From NCBI GenBank assembly GCA_963776345.1, contig CAVZMH010000009.1:8979-72978 (forward strand): 64,000 nt of DNA. Reading direction: 5' to 3'. The notes under the pieces were generated by a model that did no database searches, was not told where the DNA came from, and saw nothing but the letters and a program-made list of their open reading frames with translations. Positions 59,699 to 64,000 of the stretch are shown here, piece after piece. The position numbers and the translations under genes were made by a program. Source of the stretch: an uncultured delta proteobacterium (GTDB lineage: Bacteria; Myxococcota; Myxococcia; Myxococcales; Myxococcaceae). How positions within the stretch are numbered: the first letter of the stretch is position 1; the number at the start of each line of letters is the position of its first letter.

Positions 59699-62516
59699 AT
59701 GACCACCCCCGCCATTCGCCGCATCCGGCCCTCCAGCCCCCGCCGGACCGCGGCGCGGCCCCCCCGTGCGCGGGGCACGACCCGTGGCCGCCGGCTGGTG
59801 TTCCGGTTCGATCAGCTGCCCGAGGTGAAGCGGACGGCGAAGACCTGGGACGAGATCAAGGCCCTCCTCGGCGGCAAGGGCGCCAACCTCGCGGAGATGA
59901 CCCGGCTCGGGCTCCCGGTTCCGCCCGGCTTCACCCTCACCACCGAGGCATGTCGGGCCTATCTCCGGTCGGGCGCGTGGCCGAAGGGGCTCTGGGACGA
60001 CGAGGTCGCCGCGCTCCGCGAGCTCGAGGTGCGGACCGGGAAGCGGTTCGGCGACCGGGCGAACCCGCTGCTGGTCTCCTGCCGCTCGGGCGCCAAGTTC
60101 TCCATGCCGGGGATGATGGACACCGTCCTCAACATCGGCCTGAACGCCGAGACGGTGGAGGGCCTGGCGGGGCTCACCGGGGACGCGCGGTTCGCCTGGG
60201 ACGCGTACCGCCGGCTCGTCCAGATGTACGGCACCGTGGTGCTTGACGTCCGCGACGAGCCGTTCGAGCAGGTGCTGGCCGAGTGGCGCGCCCGCCGGAA
60301 GGTTGAGAACGACGCCGACCTCGGGGACGACGACCTCCGTGCCATCACCGGACGGTTCCGGGAGATCGTGAAGGAGCAGTCCGGCCGCGAGTTCCCGGAC
60401 GATCCGCTGGAGCAGCTGCGGCTGGCGACCGAGGCGGTGTTCCGCTCCTGGCAGGGCAAGCGCGCCCAGGACTACCGGCGCGCCGCGGGCATCCCCGACG
60501 ACCTGGGGACGGCGGTGAACATCGTGGCCATGGTCTTCGGGAACATGGGCCGCGACTCGGCCACCGGCGTGGCCACCACCCGGAACGTCTCCACCGGCGA
60601 GAACGCGCTCGAGGGCGACTACCTGATCAACGCCCAGGGCGAGGACGTGGTCGCTGGCATCCGCGCCACCCAGCCCATCGCCCGGCTGGCGGAGGAGATG
60701 CCCGAGGCCTTCACCGAGCTGCAGCGCATCGCCCGGCTGCTGGAGAAGCACTACCGCGAGGTGCAGGACATCGAGTTCACGGTGGAGCAGGGCACCCTCT
60801 GGATGCTCCAGACCCGCGACGCCAAGCGCACCGCCCAGGCCGCGGTGAAGATTGCGCTGGACCTGGCGAAGGAGCGCCTCATCACCCGCCAGGAGGCGGT
60901 GCTGCGGGTGACCCCCGAGCACGTGGAATTCTTCCTCCACCCGCAGTTCGCTCCGGAGTCGATGCGCGCCGCCCGGAGCGAGCGGCGGCTTCTGGCGAGC
61001 GGCCTCAACGTCTCGCCGGGCGCCGCGGTGGGCCAGCTGGCCTTCGACGCCGACACCGCCGAGCGCTGGGCGAAGGAGAAGAAGGCGGTGGTGATGATCC
61101 GCGCCGAGACCAAGCCGGACGACGTGCACGGCATGCTCGCCGCGCGCGGCATCCTCACCAGCCGGGGCGGGCGCACCAGCCACGCGGCGCTGGTGGCCCG
61201 GCAGTTCGGCAAGCCGGCGGTGGTGGGGGTGATGGCCCTGGACGTGGACGCGGAGAAGCGGGAGGCCACCATCAAGCGCTCGTCGGTGGTGCTCCGCGAG
61301 GGCGACTGGGTGTCCATCGACGGGACCACCGGCGAGGTGTTCCTCGGCCAGGTGGAGACGATGCAGCCCTCGCTGGAGGATCCGGCGCTCATCGAGCTGC
61401 TCGGCTGGGCGGACCGGTTCCGCCGCCTCGGGGTGTGGGCCAACGCCGATTACCCGCGTGACGCCGAGCGGGCGCGGGCGCTCGGCGCGGAGGGCATCGG
61501 CCTGTGCCGGACCGAGCACATGTTCTTCGAGACCGAGCGGCTACCGCTGGTGCAGAAGCTCATCCTCTCCCGCTCCGAGGACGAGCAGCGCGAGGTGCTG
61601 GCCAAGCTGCTGCCGCTGCAGCGCGCGGACTTCGAGGGGCTGTTCAGGGCGATGGACGGGCTGCCGGTCACCATCCGGCTGCTCGATCCGCCGCTGCACG
61701 AGTTCCTGCCGGCGCACGAGACGCTCCTGAAGGAGGTCACCGAGCTGGAGACCCGGCTCGAGCTGAAGTCCGGCAACGCGCAAGATCAGACCGCGGCGCT
61801 CAAGGGCAAGCGGACGATGCTGGGCGCGGTGGAGCGGCTGCGCGAGATGAACCCGATGCTCGGGCTCCGTGGCGTCCGCCTCGGCATCCACATGCCGTTG
61901 CTGGTCCGGATGCAGGTGAGGGCCATCTTCGAGGCGGCGTGCAACTGCGCCGAGGCGGGCATCGACGTCTACCCGAAGATCATGATCCCCCTGGTCACCC
62001 ACGGGAACGAGCTGCGGTTCGAGCAGCGGGCCCTGGAGGAGGAGGCCAAGCGGGTGATGGCCGAGCGGAAGCGGAAGGTGCGCTACCAGTTCGGGACGAT
62101 GATCGAGATCCCCCGCGCGGCGCTGACCGCGGACGAGATCGCGTCCCTGGCGCAGTTCTTCTCCTTCGGGACCAACGACCTGACCCAGACCACGTTCGGC
62201 ATCTCCCGCGACGACGCCGAGACCAGCTTCCTCGCCGAGTACCTCACCCAGGGGATCCTCCCGGAGAACCCCTTCGACCACATCGACGAGGGGGGGGTGG
62301 GGCGGCTGATGGAGATGGCGGTCCGGCTCGGGCGCAAGACCCGGCCCGGGCCTGAACATCGGCATCTGCGGCGAGCACGGCGGCGACCCGAAGAGCATCG
62401 CCTTCTGCCACCGGCTCGGCCTGGACTACGTGTCCTGCTCGCCGTTCCGGGTGCCGGTGGCCCGTCTGGCCGCGGCGCACGCGGCGCTCCGGGAGGGGAA
62501 GCGGACCGCACGCTGA
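59699..62516 (+). CDS. ppdK: Pyruvate, phosphate dikinase; +1 frameshift at about 62350; absent from the supplied ORF track
   Basis: Hand translation: [71 protein letters not shown]; after the shift [10 protein letters not shown]...[16 protein letters not shown], stop at 62514-62516. Confidence 0.96.
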
Positions 62517-62539
62517 CCCCGGGTCGGGCCTCGTCTCCT

Positions 62540-62782
62540 TCAGCGAGGAGGCAGCGTGGGGTCCGGCACCCGGCCCGGATCGCTCGGCGGACGCACCGGG
62601 GTGTACGGGGCCGTGGGGTAGGGGTTCCCGCACTGGCAGACCCGGCAGCCACGCGCGCTGTCCCGGGTGCAGTCGGGCGTGGTGGCGCAGCGCATCCCCT
62701 GCGACTCGGGGCAGAGGTCCTTGTCGTTCATCGCGCACGCCGGAGCGAGCGCGAGGGCGAGGGCGAGCAGGGTGGGGCGCAT
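62540..62782 (-). CDS. Small Cys-rich lipoprotein
   Basis: Hydrophobic leader ending APAC, six further Cys, Pro-rich tail. Confidence 0.6.
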   Translation of the reverse strand: MRPTLLALALALAPACAMNDKDLCPESQGMRCATTPDCTRDSARGCRVCQCGNPYPTAPYTPVRPPSDPGRVPDPTLPPR

Positions 62783-62814
62783 GTCGCCCGCACCCTACCG
62801 CCCGGGGCTGCTCC

Positions 62815-63889
62815 TCAGCGCGAGGAGACCTGCTTCCCCACCCAGAGGCTCTTCGGCATCATGCAGTGCACGCCCTTGCGGACGTCCACCACCTGGCTCA
62901 CCCGGCAGTCCCCGGCGAGGGCGGTCAAGCGAGTAGGCCTCCTCGCGGGTCAGCCCCTTGGTGGTGCTGAGGAAGTCGACCATCTCGGCGATGGCGTTGT
63001 TCATCGCCTTGCCCAGGTCCTCGTCGAAGCCCACGGTGATCCAGTGGGTCTTGGTCTCGATCCGGGGCCAGGTGAGTTTGAGATCTTTGCGGACGATGGG
63101 CTGGATCTCGATGTCCTCGAACGAGCACTCCATCGCGGTGAGGTTCACCTCGCCGTTGCCCTGGGCGCAGTGCGAGTCGCCGGTCCAGATGAGCCCGCCC
63201 TCGAGGAACACCGGGATGAAGATGGTGGACCCGGCGGTCAGCTCGTTGATGTCCATGTTGGAGCCGTTCTTCCAGGGCCGGAGCGTGCTCACCGGCGCCA
63301 TGGGGTCCTTGGCGCCGCCCTTGCGCGGCGAGGGGTCGTCCGGGTCGATGCCCACCGCGAGCGTGCCGGGGAAGGGCCTGATGGGGATCTGGATGCCGGG
63401 CTTGAACTCGGCGGTGCCCTTCTTCGGGTCGATGTCGAAGTAGTGGACGTAGCCCTCGGGGAACTGCGAGGCCAGCGCGCCGATGGTGGGGAACTCCTTG
63501 CCCGGGAGGTTGAAGTTCGTCCCGAGCTTCTTGGGGACGATCTTCCGGATCCGGATCTCCATCACGTCGCCCGGCATCGCGCCCTTCACGTAGATGGGGC
63601 CGGTGAGCGAGTGCGGGCCGCCGCCGGGGTTCGCCTTCCGGAGCTCGACGATCTTCTCCATCGTCGTGCCCTTCTGGATCTGATCCCTGGCGTGCATCAG
63701 CGTCTCGATGGAGACGATGTCGCCGGACTCGATGGTCAGCTTGGGAGGCTCCTTCGGGTCCAGCCATCCCCACTGCACGGTGTCCGGCGTGGCCTTCAGC
63801 CGGTACACCTTGGGTCCCGCGGCGTGTGCCGCCGCGGCGGAGAGCACGGCAGCGCCGAGCAGCAGCTGGCGCACGACCTTCTTCGACAT
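62815..63889 (-). CDS. Acetamidase/formamidase family protein with signal peptide; +1 frameshift at 62927-62928
   Basis: HSLTGPIYVKGAMPGD, PFPGTL, GSNMD, GDSHCAQGNGEV; corrected end EAYSLTALAGDCRVSQVVDVRKGVHCMMPK. Confidence 0.9.
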
Positions 63890-64000
63890 GGTTCGTTTCC
63901 CCTCGTCTCTGGTGCCTGGATGGCAGCGCGGTGGAGGGTAGGTGTCGCAGACACAGCGCGTCAAACCGACCGGTCGGTAACCCCGCAACTCTCTGGAATT

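Noticed and set aside
55994..61519. 1841-aa minus-strand ORF
   Set aside because: Only the last 223 aa are the dienelactone hydrolase. The rest is off-frame to the lactate dehydrogenase and antisense to ppdK, a high-GC stop-poor artefact.

Overview
A very GC-rich (roughly 75% by eye) chromosomal window from a myxobacterium (Myxococcota, Myxococcaceae-like, judged from gene content and synteny). It is mostly core genome. In order: ECF sigma/anti-sigma pair, truD, FHA-GAF-adenylate cyclase, ABC1/UbiB kinase, mutS, amidase, glnD, KGG stress protein, Sua5/YciO-xerD-trpS-scpA-scpB-rluB, TPR-cNMP protein, rtcA, sppA, mrp/apbC, an acyl-CoA catabolism cluster (hbd, crt, three acyl-CoA dehydrogenases, LiuC-like hydratase, carboxyltransferase, meaB), rnc-two cyclophilins-era-der-yfgM-bamB-NUDIX-exonuclease, and a more accessory right end (SCO-cytochrome c-YHS fusion, MBL hydrolase, FixJ-like regulator, HdeD, dienelactone hydrolase, Fe-S D-lactate dehydrogenase, ppdK, acetamidase). 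ppdK is missing from the supplied ORF track. Seven genes carry small frameshifting indels that look like long-read assembly errors. I saw no tRNA, rRNA, CRISPR array, transposase or prophage. The most unusual signals are non-coding: (i) a symmetric ~330-bp element at 35877-36203, made of two inverted ~114-bp arms carrying four GTTTC-N15-GAAAC boxes spaced 82/131/82 bp; (ii) a 164-bp TA-flanked MITE-like hairpin in the xerD stop codon, directly before trpS. Protein-level oddities include an RtcA with altered RNA-end-binding motifs, the SCO-cyt c-YHS triple fusion and a duplicated Tim44/zinc-ribbon/TerB membrane protein. I cannot show from the sequence alone that any of these is undescribed.
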